In this document: positions 39,495-49,779 of the stretch, piece by piece | How the letters are laid out: every line of letters starts with the position of its first letter | How positions within the stretch are numbered: position 1 is the first letter of the stretch | DNA from: Candidatus Heimdallarchaeota archaeon | GTDB lineage: Archaea > Asgardarchaeota > Heimdallarchaeia > Heimdallarchaeales > Heimdallarchaeaceae | Direction of reading: 5' to 3' | NCBI GenBank assembly: GCA_016840095.1 | Contig: JAEOSZ010000052.1 | Location: 1-57,228, forward strand | DNA length: 57,228 nt | The notes under the pieces: model-generated | Database searches by the model: none | What the model saw: only the letters and a program-made list of their open reading frames with translations | Told to the model about the DNA's origin: nothing | Program-made: the position numbers and the translations under genes

Positions 39495-39812
39495 ATGGGT
39501 CAATCACTAGAAAGAAGACGAAAGAAGCCAGAGTGGCCGGCTTTTGCAGACTTGGAGAAGTTCAAAGGACCAGACTCTCAGGTATATATAATTAAGGACA
39601 GATGTAAAGAGTGCGAATGGTGCATAATTTATTGTCCAGAGGAAATTTTGGAAACAGGTAATGAAATTAATGCTAAAGGGTATCATCCTCCTGTTCTAAA
39701 AGATGGCAAAACCTTTGATGATTGTGCTGAATGCCATTTCTGTGAATTAATCTGTCCAGAATTCGCAATTTATGTTAAAGTACTCGAAGAGAGTGATGCT
39801 GAAGATGAGTAA
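39495..39812 (+). CDS. korD: 2-oxoacid:ferredoxin oxidoreductase delta subunit (2x[4Fe-4S])
   Basis: CKECEWCIIYCP...NAKGYHP...CAECHFCELICPEFAI. Confidence 0.85.
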   Translation: MGQSLERRRKKPEWPAFADLEKFKGPDSQVYIIKDRCKECEWCIIYCPEEILETGNEINAKGYHPPVLKDGKTFDDCAECHFCELICPEFAIYVKVLEESDAEDE

Positions 39813-40971
39813 GCAAAAACAAGAATTTTTAGAAGTAAATACTGGAGAGCACTTTACAACAGGTAATCATGCTGCTGCTGAAGGAGCTCTTGCAGTTGGA
39901 TGTAAGTTCTTTGGAGGATATCCAATCACACCTAGTTCTGAAATAGCCGAACATATGGCTCAAAGACTTCCACAAGTAAGTGGGAATTTTGTTCAGTTTG
40001 AGGATGAGATTGCTTCAATAATTGGTATTTTAGGAGCTTCTTGGGGAGGTGCCAAGAGCATGACTGCAACATCAGGGCCAGGGTATTCATTAATGGTTGA
40101 AAACATTGGTTTGGGTATGATGACTGAAACTCCTTGCGTTATTGTCAATGTTCAAAGAGGTGGTCCTTCCACAGGATTGCCTACTCTTGTTGGACAACAG
40201 GATATAATGCAAACAAAGTGGGGATCTCATGGAGATTTTGAACCCATAGCTTTATGCCCAAGTTCTGTACAAGAGTGTTTTGAATTAACAATTGAAGCCT
40301 TCAATTATGCAGAGAAGTATAGAGTTCCTGTAACACTACTGATGGATGAAACTCTGGGTCACATGAGTGAAAGATTAGTAATTCCTGAAGGAGAGGATAT
40401 TGTCAAAGTTGACAGAAAGAAACCTAAAGTTTCTCCTGATGACTACTTACCTTACAAGGCTGATGATGATCTTATTCCTCCGATGGCTGTTGCAGGAGAA
40501 GGATACAGAGTAATGGTTACCGGATTAACTCATGATGAAAGAGGTTATCCTGATCTAAATGCAGAAACACAGGATAAGCTTGTTAGAAGAATTAATGATA
40601 AAATTCGATTAAATAAAAAAGATATCATCAAAGTGGAAGAATATCTACTAGATGATGCTGATATAGTTATCATTGCCTTTGGATCAGTAGCAAGAGCAGC
40701 TAAAGGTTCAGTAAATAGAGCAAGGGAAAAGGGAATTAAAGTGGGATTGTTGAGGTTAATAACTATTTGGCCTTTCCCAGATGAAATAATAGAAGCAATA
40801 GCTGAGAAAGTAAAGAAGATTTACGTACCTGAAATAAACTATGGACAGATAACTAGAGAAGTAGAAAGAGCTGTTCATGGGAAAACAAAAGTAAAAGGCA
40901 TTTTCAAGCTAGGTGGAGCCATTCATAATCCACAAGAAATTCTTGATGAAATTGAGGGTGATAATTCATGA
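39805..40971 (+). CDS. korA: 2-oxoacid (2-oxoglutarate):ferredoxin oxidoreductase alpha subunit
   Basis: GYPITPSSE, TATSGPG, QRGGPSTGLPT. Confidence 0.9.
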   Translation: MSKQKQEFLEVNTGEHFTTGNHAAAEGALAVGCKFFGGYPITPSSEIAEHMAQRLPQVSGNFVQFEDEIASIIGILGASWGGAKSMTATSGPGYSLMVENIGLGMMTETPCVIVNVQRGGPSTGLPTLVGQQDIMQTKWGSHGDFEPIALCPSSVQECFELTIEAFNYAEKYRVPVTLLMDETLGHMSERLVIPEGEDIVKVDRKKPKVSPDDYLPYKADDDLIPPMAVAGEGYRVMVTGLTHDERGYPDLNAETQDKLVRRINDKIRLNKKDIIKVEEYLLDDADIVIIAFGSVARAAKGSVNRAREKGIKVGLLRLITIWPFPDEIIEAIAEKVKKIYVPEINYGQITREVERAVHGKTKVKGIFKLGGAIHNPQEILDEIEGDNS

Positions 40972-41828
40972 CAGAAGAGAAAAAAGAACTATTAGAATCA
41001 GAAGAACATCCTTTGGATGACTTCTTGAGAGATGGAAGAATTCCACATATATTCTGCCCAGGATGCAGCTTAGGATCAGTAACTAATATCCTTATAGAAG
41101 CAATTAATGAATCAGAATATGATCCCAAAAATGTTGCAGTGGTGTCTGGAATAGGATGCACTGGAAGAATCGCAGGATATCTAAATTACGATAGTTTCCA
41201 TACAACACATGGAAGATCAATTCCATTTGCTATAGGATTAAGTGTTACAGATCCAGATCGTAAAGTGATAGTAGTGTCAGGAGATGGAGATCTCTTTGCA
41301 ATCGGTGGAAATCACTTTATACATGCTGCAAGACGTAATGCCAACATTACTGTAGTGTGTGTCAATAACTTCAATTATGGTATGACAGGTGGTCAAGCTG
41401 GACCAACATCATATGAAGGCCAATTCCAAACAACAGCCCCTTATGGATCTATGGAAGAACCATTCAATATTCCTAATCTTGCTGCCACATGTGGAGCAGT
41501 TTATGTAGCTCGATATACTGCATTAGATGTTAGAAGAGCAAAAGAAGCTTTTTCAGAAGCAATAGCTAAAAGAGGTTTCTCTTTCGTTGAAGTTCTAGGG
41601 AGCTGCCCAACAACATATGGTCGTCGAAATCAACTTGCAGAAGGAAAGAAAATTTTAGAATATTTTGCTGAAAAAACTGTATTAAACCATGATGCTGATA
41701 CCAAGGATGTTGGAATTTCAAAGAACAGTCCTATTATTGTGGGCAAATTTGTAGATATTGAAGATAAACCAACTCTAAATGATAATCTTATGGCTATACA
41801 AAGAGTTAGTCAAGCTAAGAAAGGGTGA
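40968..41828 (+). CDS. korB: 2-oxoacid:ferredoxin oxidoreductase beta subunit (TPP)
   Basis: FCPGC, SGIGC, HTTHGR, GDGD...NN..YGMTGGQ, SCPT. Confidence 0.9.
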   Translation: MTEEKKELLESEEHPLDDFLRDGRIPHIFCPGCSLGSVTNILIEAINESEYDPKNVAVVSGIGCTGRIAGYLNYDSFHTTHGRSIPFAIGLSVTDPDRKVIVVSGDGDLFAIGGNHFIHAARRNANITVVCVNNFNYGMTGGQAGPTSYEGQFQTTAPYGSMEEPFNIPNLAATCGAVYVARYTALDVRRAKEAFSEAIAKRGFSFVEVLGSCPTTYGRRNQLAEGKKILEYFAEKTVLNHDADTKDVGISKNSPIIVGKFVDIEDKPTLNDNLMAIQRVSQAKKG

Positions 41829-42382
41829 TAAAAATGGGTAGAGTAGAAATTCGTTTTGCAGGTTTTGGTGGTCAAGGAATAGGTCTTATGGGAAGACTTG
41901 TTGGAGAAGCAGTAAGTCTGCTAGAGAAAGGAAAGAATTCTGTTATGACTCAGAGTTATGGACCAGAGAGCAGAGGTGGAGCAAGTAGTGCAGATGTTGT
42001 TATTGATACTGATGTTATTGATTATCCTAAAGCAACTGAACTTGATTACTTTGTTGTTCTATCAGAAGAAGCTTATCACAAATACATCCCCAAACTCAAA
42101 GAAGGTGGAGTTTTGTTTGTAGAGGAAGACTTAGTTATATTAGATGATAATGCTAAGAAAGCCTCCAAAATTTTCAAAATTCCAGCTACAAAAATTGCTG
42201 AAACACTCGGAAGTAGATTGTATGCTAACATAGCTATGCTAGGTTTTGTATGTGCAAATACTACAGATATCTTCAGCAAGGAATCTATGATTACAATAAT
42301 GAAAACAAAAATCAAAAAGAGATTTGTTGAGAAAAATCTAATTGCCTTCCAACTGGGTATGGAACACAAATCTGACTCTTGA
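41825..42382 (+). CDS. korC: 2-oxoacid:ferredoxin oxidoreductase gamma subunit
   Basis: AGFGGQG, QSYGPESRGG, NIAMLG. Confidence 0.9.
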   Translation: MIKMGRVEIRFAGFGGQGIGLMGRLVGEAVSLLEKGKNSVMTQSYGPESRGGASSADVVIDTDVIDYPKATELDYFVVLSEEAYHKYIPKLKEGGVLFVEEDLVILDDNAKKASKIFKIPATKIAETLGSRLYANIAMLGFVCANTTDIFSKESMITIMKTKIKKRFVEKNLIAFQLGMEHKSDS

Positions 42383-42402
42383 AAACAAATGTAGGTTAAG
42401 AA

Positions 42403-42852
42403 ATGTCTACACAAAGTAACACAGAACTAGAAGAATTCGAACCAAACATAATTGGTTTCTTATGTAACTGGTGTTCCTATGCAGGAGCTGATCTTGCTGG
42501 AACCAGCAGAATCCAATATCCTCCTAATGTTAAAATCATTAAGGTCATGTGTTCTGGAAGAGTAAATCCAATGTACATAATTAATGCATTTCAACAAGGA
42601 GCAGATGGAGTACTAATTAGTGGTTGTCATCCAGGAGATTGTCATTATACTCATGGAAACTATCTTGCTAGGAGAAGAATTGCTACTATGAAGAAACTTC
42701 TGGAATTTATGGGTATAGAACCCGATAGAGTTAAGATGACTTGGGTTTCTGCTGCAGAAGGTAGAAAGTATGCTGACGTCGTTAGAGAACTTACTAACGA
42801 CATCAAAAAATTAGGTCCAATGACCAAATTTAGGAGGGAAAAAGAATGGTAG
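42403..42852 (+). CDS. mvhD: MvhD/FlxD [2Fe-2S] subunit
   Basis: FLCNWCSY.GAD, MCSGRV, GCHPGDCHY, WVSAAEG. Confidence 0.93.
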   Translation: MSTQSNTELEEFEPNIIGFLCNWCSYAGADLAGTSRIQYPPNVKIIKVMCSGRVNPMYIINAFQQGADGVLISGCHPGDCHYTHGNYLARRRIATMKKLLEFMGIEPDRVKMTWVSAAEGRKYADVVRELTNDIKKLGPMTKFRREKEW

Positions 42853-43829
42853 AGAATAAAGAACTAATCAAGGTAATTGAGGAAACCGTTTCTCGAGAAG
42901 ACGTGAAATACGTCATCGGTTATAAGAGAGGCACATATGGTTTTCAAATCAAACCTGCCTTTGCATATAGCGCTGAAACCGCAAAGGAGTTCTTTTACTC
43001 TCCATTATGTTCAAAAAATTTAGCAATTTATCCACTTCTGGAGGAAAAACTACCATTACGAAGAGGGGAAGAAGAGGATAAAAGAAAAATCGGTATCGTT
43101 GTGAAGGGATGTGATTCTAGGGCAATAATTCAAATCATCCAAGAGAAAGGTTTGGAAAGAGAAGATGTTGTTCTAATTGGTATTCCTTGTAAAGGTGTAA
43201 TAGAGCCTAAGAAAATAGAAAGCAGATTTCCTAGGCAATCAAAATTTGTTGAAGTTGAGGAAAAGGATGGTAATTATGTCTTCGAAATTGATGGAAAAAG
43301 CCAAGTGATTCCTAAAGGAGAATTACTTTCAGATGTTTGCAAAAGCTGTGAATATCCAAATCCACCTTTATATGATGTTTTGATTGGAGAGATAGAAGAA
43401 GAATTTGAACCTGAACAATTTAGCAGAGTAGATGAATTAGCTGAGAAGTCTTTGGAAGAGAGATGGGCGTATTGGGAGAAACATTTCCAGAATTGTATAC
43501 GTTGTTATGCTTGTAGAGAAGCATGTCCTCTTTGTTATTGTAAAACCTGTATGGCAGATTTGTTAGATCCCCAATGGGTTAGACGATCAGTTAACCTATC
43601 AGAAAATACTGCTTGGAACGTTATGCGAGCATTTCATCTTGCAGGTAGGTGTATCAGTTGTGGTGAATGTGAACGTTCGTGTCCTGTTAATATTCCATTA
43701 ATGGAATTGAACAAATTCATTGAGAAAGAAGTCAAAGAGATGTTTAATTATACATCTGGAATTGATGTTGAAGAAAAACCATTCTTAGGAAGTTTTCGAC
43801 CAGATGATCCGGAGGATTTCATCAAGTAG
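42846..43829 (+). CDS. flxC: FlxC-like [4Fe-4S] protein
   Basis: KGCDSR, CIRCYACREACPLCYC..C, HLAGRCISCGECERSCP. Confidence 0.75.
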   Translation: MVENKELIKVIEETVSREDVKYVIGYKRGTYGFQIKPAFAYSAETAKEFFYSPLCSKNLAIYPLLEEKLPLRRGEEEDKRKIGIVVKGCDSRAIIQIIQEKGLEREDVVLIGIPCKGVIEPKKIESRFPRQSKFVEVEEKDGNYVFEIDGKSQVIPKGELLSDVCKSCEYPNPPLYDVLIGEIEEEFEPEQFSRVDELAEKSLEERWAYWEKHFQNCIRCYACREACPLCYCKTCMADLLDPQWVRRSVNLSENTAWNVMRAFHLAGRCISCGECERSCPVNIPLMELNKFIEKEVKEMFNYTSGIDVEEKPFLGSFRPDDPEDFIK

Positions 43830-43837
43830 GTGATAAA

Positions 43838-44875
43838 ATGGAACAATTGTTATTAGAAAAGGAAAAACTGTCTGAGTTGCTTAAAGAGATTGGATCAAAG
43901 TATGAACTTATTGGACCAAAGGAAGAAAACGGATTTCTAGCGTTCAAAAAGATAGAAGATCCAAAAGAGATTAACTTGGATGTATTGCTCTCAAGAGTAC
44001 CTCCTAAATCTTTGATATTTCAACAAACTGAAACACTCTTCAAGTATGCCAAAGGTAAAGATTCCAAAGTTCAAACACCTCAAATTGATGAATCTCCTAG
44101 AGTTATTTTTGGAATTCGACCTTGTGACGCTAGAGGATATGATATTCTAGACCCAGTTTTTATGGGTAAAAAAGAAGACGACTACAAAGACCCATTTTAT
44201 ACTAAGAGAAGAAATAGAAGTCTACTAATAGGTGTTAGTTGCAATGAACCAGATACAAACTGCTTCTGCACTTCATTTGATGACAGTCCAGCAAATCCTA
44301 AACATTTAGACATTCTCTTTACAGATATTGGTGATTATTATTATATTGAAGTTGTTACTGAAAAAGGACAAGATCTAATTAAGAATGTTAGTAAAATTTT
44401 CTCCAAAGCAACTGATAAGGAAACCAGTTTAAGAAAAGAAACTGAAAACGCAGCAATTAATGCAATTTCTAGAAAAATGAATACTGAAGGTGCCGCAGAA
44501 AAACTAAATGGACTATTTAATCATGAGTTCTGGTTCGAAGCTGCCAGAGGTTGTATTGGTTGTGGAATTTGTACATATTTATGTCCAACATGTCATTGTT
44601 TTGATATGCAAGACGAAAGTACTTTGAAACTTGGTGGAAAAGTTCGTGTTTGGGACTCCTGCATGTATCCTGAATATACTCATCATGCTTCAGGTCATAA
44701 TCCTCGTCCTTCGAGGATGAACAGAGTTCGAAATAGAGTCTATCACAAATTCAACTACTTCCCCAAAAATGATGGTATTTTTGGTTGCACTGGTTGTGGT
44801 AGATGTATAGATTATTGTCCTGTAAATATTGACATAATCGAAATAATTGATGATGTTAAGGAGGTTAAGGCATGA
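43838..44875 (+). CDS. flxB: FlxB/AsrA/HydB-like [4Fe-4S] protein
   Basis: GIRPCD, CFCTS, CIGCGICTYLCPTCHC, WDSC, CTGCGRCIDYCP. Confidence 0.78.
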   Translation: MEQLLLEKEKLSELLKEIGSKYELIGPKEENGFLAFKKIEDPKEINLDVLLSRVPPKSLIFQQTETLFKYAKGKDSKVQTPQIDESPRVIFGIRPCDARGYDILDPVFMGKKEDDYKDPFYTKRRNRSLLIGVSCNEPDTNCFCTSFDDSPANPKHLDILFTDIGDYYYIEVVTEKGQDLIKNVSKIFSKATDKETSLRKETENAAINAISRKMNTEGAAEKLNGLFNHEFWFEAARGCIGCGICTYLCPTCHCFDMQDESTLKLGGKVRVWDSCMYPEYTHHASGHNPRPSRMNRVRNRVYHKFNYFPKNDGIFGCTGCGRCIDYCPVNIDIIEIIDDVKEVKA

Positions 44876-45717
44876 CAGATGAGAATCCCTATCAACCTTG
44901 GTTAGCTAAAATAATCAACATTAAAGAAGAAGCAAGCGGAGCAAGAGCTATTAAGACTTTCAAACTTGAGTTTCAAGATGAGGAAGTAAAGAAGAATTTC
45001 ACCTATTTACCAGGTCAATGTGTCATGATTAGCGTATTAGGCACTGGAGAAAGCATGTTTGCTATTTCATCATCACCCACCCAGCAAGGTTATATTGAAG
45101 TCAGTGTTATGAGATATGGAAAACACACAACTACACTTCATCAAAAGGATGTTGGAGATATTGTAGGTGTAAGAGGTCCTTATGGTAACAATTTTCCATT
45201 AGAAGAATGGAAAGGTAAAAACATGTTATTCTTAGGTGGAGGAATAGGTCAAGCTCCACTTCGTTCTGTTTATAATTACTGCATAGATAATAGAGAAGAT
45301 TATGCAAACATAGACATCGTTTATGGTGCTCGAACATCTAGTGATCTTTGTTACAAAGATGAATTTGCAGAAATGCGTAAAAAGGGTGATAATATAAGTG
45401 TCCATCTTTCAATAGATGTTGAAGAAGAAGGGTGGAAAGAATTTGTGGGATTTGTTCCTGATAACTTAAAGAGAATAGAACCCTCACCAGAAAATACGAT
45501 CGCAATAACTTGTGGTCCCCCAATTATGATTAGATTTGTAATTCAAGCTCTATTGGAATTAGGTTTCAAAGAAGAGCAAATTTATACAACTTTGGAAATG
45601 AGAATGAAATGCGGGATAGGAATGTGTGGCAGGTGCAACATAGGAAATCTCTATGTTTGCAGAGATGGACCAGTATTCTCATATGTCCAAATTAAGGATA
45701 TTCAAGGAGATATGTAA
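44872..45717 (+). CDS. flxA: FlxA/AsrB/HydG-like FAD, NAD(P)H and [2Fe-2S] protein
   Basis: PGQ, RGPYGN, GGGIG, CGPP, MKCGIGMCGRC...CRDGPVF. Confidence 0.82.
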   Translation: MTDENPYQPWLAKIINIKEEASGARAIKTFKLEFQDEEVKKNFTYLPGQCVMISVLGTGESMFAISSSPTQQGYIEVSVMRYGKHTTTLHQKDVGDIVGVRGPYGNNFPLEEWKGKNMLFLGGGIGQAPLRSVYNYCIDNREDYANIDIVYGARTSSDLCYKDEFAEMRKKGDNISVHLSIDVEEEGWKEFVGFVPDNLKRIEPSPENTIAITCGPPIMIRFVIQALLELGFKEEQIYTTLEMRMKCGIGMCGRCNIGNLYVCRDGPVFSYVQIKDIQGDM

Positions 45718-45732
45718 AGGCGTGAAAACATT

Positions 45733-47700
45733 ATGAAAATTGGAGTTTATGTTTGTGAATGTGGAACCAACATTGCAAGTACTGTTGATGTTGAGGAATT
45801 AGTAGAACAAGCAAAAGAATTTCCAAATGTAGAAGTAAGTAGATTGTACAAGTATGTCTGTTCTGATCCTGGTCAAGAGATTATTAAAAGTGACATTGAT
45901 GAAAAAGGATTAGATAGAATAGTGGTTGCTGCATGTTCACCTCGAATGCATGAGCCAACATTCAGAGCTGTTCTTGAAGATAAAGGATTGAATCCTTATG
46001 TCTTAGAAATTGTAAATATTCGAGAACAAGTTTCCTGGGTTCATGATAAGAAGGAAACAGGTACTGAAAAAGCTGCTTCACTGCTTAAAGGTGCAGTTGT
46101 TAGAGCTGCTTTGATGCATCCATTAGAGAGAAAGAAAGTAGGAGTAACACACACAGCACTTGTAATCGGTGGAGGTATAGCTGGAATCCAAGCAGCACTT
46201 GACTTAGCTGATATGGGATTTGAGACCACACTGGTAGAAAAATCTGCAACAATTGGAGGAAAAATGGCACAACTAGATAAGACCTTTCCAACACTAGATT
46301 GTTCCGCATGTATCTTAAGTCCCAAAATGGTAGATGTCAGTCGTCATCCAAATATCGATTTAATGGCTTTGAGTGAAGTTGTAGAAGTCGATGGTTATGT
46401 AGGAAATTTCAAAGTTAAAATACAAAGAAATCCTCGTTACGTAATTGAAGATAAATGCACTCTCTGTGATGATTGTGTTCCAGTATGTCCAGTTATTGAA
46501 CATGATGAGTTCAACCAAGGATTTACACCAAGAAGAGCAATTTACATCCCCTATCCTCAAGCAGTCCCAGCATCTTATCTTATTGATCCCAATTCTTGTT
46601 TAGGAATAGATCCTCTCATCTGTTCGAAATGTAAAGATGTCTGTGGTCCAGAAGCAATTGATTTTGATCAACAACCAAAAATTATAGAGAAAGAATTTGG
46701 TGCAATAGTTGTTGCTACTGGTTACGAAACTTATCCAATAGAAAATATAGGTGAGTATGGATATGGAACAATTCCAGATGTTATTTCAGGCTTAGATTTT
46801 GAAAGAATAATTTCTGCAAGTGGTCCAACCTTAGGAAAAATACGTCGTCCATCTGATGGGAAAGTGCCAGAAACAGTAGTTTTCATTCATTGTGCAGGTT
46901 CTAGAGATCCAAGTAAACATTTGCCGTATTGTTCAAAGGTCTGCTGTATGTATGCAACAAAACATGCTTTACAGTACAAACATGTTGTTCATGATGGAAC
47001 AGCTATTAACTTCTTCATAGATGTGAGAACAGCAGGTAAGGATTATGAGGAATTCTATCAAAGAGCAGCTGAAGAAGACCAAGTAATTTACATACGTGGT
47101 AAAGTATCTGAAATATTCCAAGATGGAGAAAAATTGCTTATTAAGGGAGCCGATACTTTAACTGGAGAAACAGTAGAACTCCATGCTGATTTAGTAGTTC
47201 TAGCTACAGGAATAATCCCAAGTAAAGGTACTAAGGAAATTGCTAGTCTTCTAAACTTATCAGTTGGTATGAATGGATTCATCAGAGAAGCACATCCAAA
47301 ACTTAAACCAGTTGACACAGCAATTTCAGGAATCTTTGTTGCAGGTACAGCTACTGGTCCTAAAGATATTCCAGATACAGTTTCAAATGCAAGTGGTGCA
47401 GCTTCTAGAGCAGCAGGTATTTTATCTCAAGATGAGTTAGAAATTGAAGGAACTGTTGCAACTGTTGATGAAGATCTTTGTAGAGGTTGTGGTCTATGTG
47501 CTGAAGCTTGTCCTTATAGTGCTATTGAAGTTAATGCAGTTAATAAATACGGACACACTATGCGAGTTGCTTTTGTCAATGAAGCTCTCTGCAAAGGATG
47601 TGGAAGCTGTGCTGCAGCTTGTCTGAACAGTGCTATCAATCAACTAGGATATACTGATAGTCAAATTCTTGCCCTTATTGAGGCATTGGGAGAGGATTAA
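45733..47700 (+). CDS. hdrA: Heterodisulfide reductase subunit A
   Basis: YVCECGTNI, GGGIAG, KTFPTLDCSAC, CAGSRD, YCSKVCCMY, ferredoxin motifs. Confidence 0.96.
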   Translation: MKIGVYVCECGTNIASTVDVEELVEQAKEFPNVEVSRLYKYVCSDPGQEIIKSDIDEKGLDRIVVAACSPRMHEPTFRAVLEDKGLNPYVLEIVNIREQVSWVHDKKETGTEKAASLLKGAVVRAALMHPLERKKVGVTHTALVIGGGIAGIQAALDLADMGFETTLVEKSATIGGKMAQLDKTFPTLDCSACILSPKMVDVSRHPNIDLMALSEVVEVDGYVGNFKVKIQRNPRYVIEDKCTLCDDCVPVCPVIEHDEFNQGFTPRRAIYIPYPQAVPASYLIDPNSCLGIDPLICSKCKDVCGPEAIDFDQQPKIIEKEFGAIVVATGYETYPIENIGEYGYGTIPDVISGLDFERIISASGPTLGKIRRPSDGKVPETVVFIHCAGSRDPSKHLPYCSKVCCMYATKHALQYKHVVHDGTAINFFIDVRTAGKDYEEFYQRAAEEDQVIYIRGKVSEIFQDGEKLLIKGADTLTGETVELHADLVVLATGIIPSKGTKEIASLLNLSVGMNGFIREAHPKLKPVDTAISGIFVAGTATGPKDIPDTVSNASGAASRAAGILSQDELEIEGTVATVDEDLCRGCGLCAEACPYSAIEVNAVNKYGHTMRVAFVNEALCKGCGSCAAACLNSAINQLGYTDSQILALIEALGED

Positions 47701-47710
47701 AGAGGTGTAG

Positions 47711-48124
47711 ATGATGTCATATGAATATATAAAATTCGGAAAAGAGGAGAAAGCCTTCATTGCTAAAATTGAAGAAATCTCTGGTGAGAACATCTACAGC
47801 TGCTACCAATGTGGCAAGTGTTCTGCAGGTTGTGTTTTCAGTGATAAAATGGATAGAAGTGTAAATCAACTTATACATCTTATCCAAATAGGGCAAAAAG
47901 AGAAAGTTTTGCAGGCAAATACTCACTGGGTATGTTCTAGTTGTTTAACATGTTCAGTAAGGTGTCCCAGAGAAATAGATGTTGCTGCATTAATGGAAGC
48001 AGTCAGAGAATATTGTTTAAGAGAGGAACCTGAAAAAATCAAAATTTCAGAAATTCCTAAAGAAGTATTAGATAAACTACCAAACATTGCATTGGTTAGT
48101 AATTTTCGGAAGAAAACAGGGTGA
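47711..48124 (+). CDS. hdrC: Heterodisulfide reductase subunit C
   Basis: CYQCGKCSAGC, WVCSSCLTCSVRCP. Confidence 0.92.
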   Translation: MMSYEYIKFGKEEKAFIAKIEEISGENIYSCYQCGKCSAGCVFSDKMDRSVNQLIHLIQIGQKEKVLQANTHWVCSSCLTCSVRCPREIDVAALMEAVREYCLREEPEKIKISEIPKEVLDKLPNIALVSNFRKKTG

Positions 48125-48131
48125 TATATAA

Positions 48132-49049
48132 ATGGTACAATACTCATACTTCCCAGGATGTAACCTTAAAACCAACGCCAAAGGGTTTGAAGAAACAGCA
48201 ATTGCAGTTAGTAAAAAGCTAAGTTCAGAGTTAGTTGAAATGCCAAACTGGAATTGTTGTGGAACCGTACATACCATGACTTCTGACAATATCATGAAAC
48301 GTATTGCTCCTACTAGAGTGTTATCAAGATCAAGAAAACACATAGAAGAGCTAGAGGAATCGCCAAACCAAGTTGTGACACTTTGTTCAATGTGTAACAG
48401 CACACTCAAAATTGTTAACAAAGAAATTAACGATGATGAAGATACTCTAGTTAAAATCAACTACCAGCTAGAAGAAGATGAAGAAACTTATGAAAAAGAT
48501 ATGGAAGTAAAACACTTCTTAGAGATTCTCAGAGATTCAGTTGGTTATGATGAAATTTCCAAGAAAGTTGTTAAACCACTTAAAGGCATGAAAGTTTCTC
48601 CTTACTATGGGTGTATGTTGCTACATCCTGAAGAAGCTAAAATTGATGATGAGGAGATGCCAGATGTTTTAGAAAGTTTAGTTGAAAGTTTAGGTGCTGA
48701 ACTAGTAATGTCACCTTTATTCAAATATTGTTGTGGATCTTATCACATTGTTGATCAAGAAGATATTGTATCTTCACAAGTCCAAAAAATTGTTGAAGCT
48801 GCAACAAGAAGAGGTGCTAATTCACTTGTTGTAGCCTGTCCATTATGTGCATACAATATAGATCAACAACAAAAAGCAATGGCAAAAATATCACCAAGTT
48901 TTAGACCAATTCCAGTCTTTTACTTTACTCAATTGATGGCTATAGCGATGGGAGAACCAATCAAGATAAATCATTTTAATGATCATTTCATTAATCCTGA
49001 ACCTCTCCTCAAGGATCTGGGATTAACTGGGAGGAAAAAAACAAAATAG
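48132..49049 (+). CDS. hdrB: Heterodisulfide reductase subunit B (two CCG domains)
   Basis: FPGC...NCCG...CSMC and YYGC...CCG...CPLC. Confidence 0.92.
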   Translation: MVQYSYFPGCNLKTNAKGFEETAIAVSKKLSSELVEMPNWNCCGTVHTMTSDNIMKRIAPTRVLSRSRKHIEELEESPNQVVTLCSMCNSTLKIVNKEINDDEDTLVKINYQLEEDEETYEKDMEVKHFLEILRDSVGYDEISKKVVKPLKGMKVSPYYGCMLLHPEEAKIDDEEMPDVLESLVESLGAELVMSPLFKYCCGSYHIVDQEDIVSSQVQKIVEAATRRGANSLVVACPLCAYNIDQQQKAMAKISPSFRPIPVFYFTQLMAIAMGEPIKINHFNDHFINPEPLLKDLGLTGRKKTK

Positions 49050-49059
49050 AGGATTAAAA

Positions 49060-49779
49060 ATGTCAAAGACAAAAACAAAAGAAGAGAATGCACTCCCCAC
49101 AGTGAAAATATACATTATGGGCTCAGCACATGAAGTACCAGCTTCTCTAACTATTATGAAAGCAATGGAGTATGCTGGATTCAAAATCAAAAGGGGATCA
49201 GGATGTAGAGCAGGATTCTGTGGAGCTTGTGGAACTGTCTATCGAAAAGCAGGTGACTACAGAATCTATGCTGCATTAGCATGTCAGACACAAGTTGAAG
49301 ACGGAATGGTTTTAACACAATTACCATTCATACCTGCTCCAAAAGGAAAATATGATGTAGATAAACTTCTACCAACTGCAAGCTCAATTCTGAAATTCTA
49401 TCCAGAAGTAGCAAGGTGCTTGAGCTGCAATGCATGTTCCAAAGTTTGTCCTCAAGAGATACAAGTTATGGACTATGTGCAATATAGTCTCCAAGGTCAG
49501 ATTGACAAAGCTGCAGAGGAATCATTTGATTGCGTTCAATGTGGTTTATGTGCAATTCGATGTCCTGCAGAGATAGCACAATATCATGTCGGTATGCTTG
49601 CCAGAAGACTACACGGGAAGTACAATATGAGCACTCCTGAATCTCTACAGGAAAGAGTTGCAGAAATCGATAATGGTGTTTATGAAGAAGGTTTCAATGA
49701 TCTAATATCGCTCTCAAAGAATGATTTGAAGAAGAGATACACTGAACGAGATTTCGTAGATCAGAAAAAGGCGGGATGA
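49060..49779 (+). CDS. Fumarate reductase/succinate dehydrogenase-type Fe-S subunit (TfrB N-terminal-like)
   Basis: [2Fe-2S] GCRAGFCGAC...LAC; two full CxxCxxCxxxCP motifs. Confidence 0.8.
   Translation: MSKTKTKEENALPTVKIYIMGSAHEVPASLTIMKAMEYAGFKIKRGSGCRAGFCGACGTVYRKAGDYRIYAALACQTQVEDGMVLTQLPFIPAPKGKYDVDKLLPTASSILKFYPEVARCLSCNACSKVCPQEIQVMDYVQYSLQGQIDKAAEESFDCVQCGLCAIRCPAEIAQYHVGMLARRLHGKYNMSTPESLQERVAEIDNGVYEEGFNDLISLSKNDLKKRYTERDFVDQKKAG

Noticed and set aside
42403-45717. NiFe sulfhydrogenase or anaerobic sulfite reductase operon
   Set aside because: No NiFe large/small subunit or AsrC siroheme subunit; gene order next to hdrA fits flxDCBA.
42403-47700. Selenocysteine in MvhD or HdrA, as in some Asgards and methanogens
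   Set aside because: Both frames are open with Cys codons at the relevant motifs; no in-frame TGA.
45733-49049. Hdr as evidence of methanogenesis
   Set aside because: No mcr or mtr genes in the window; Hdr-Flx modules are common in non-methanogens.
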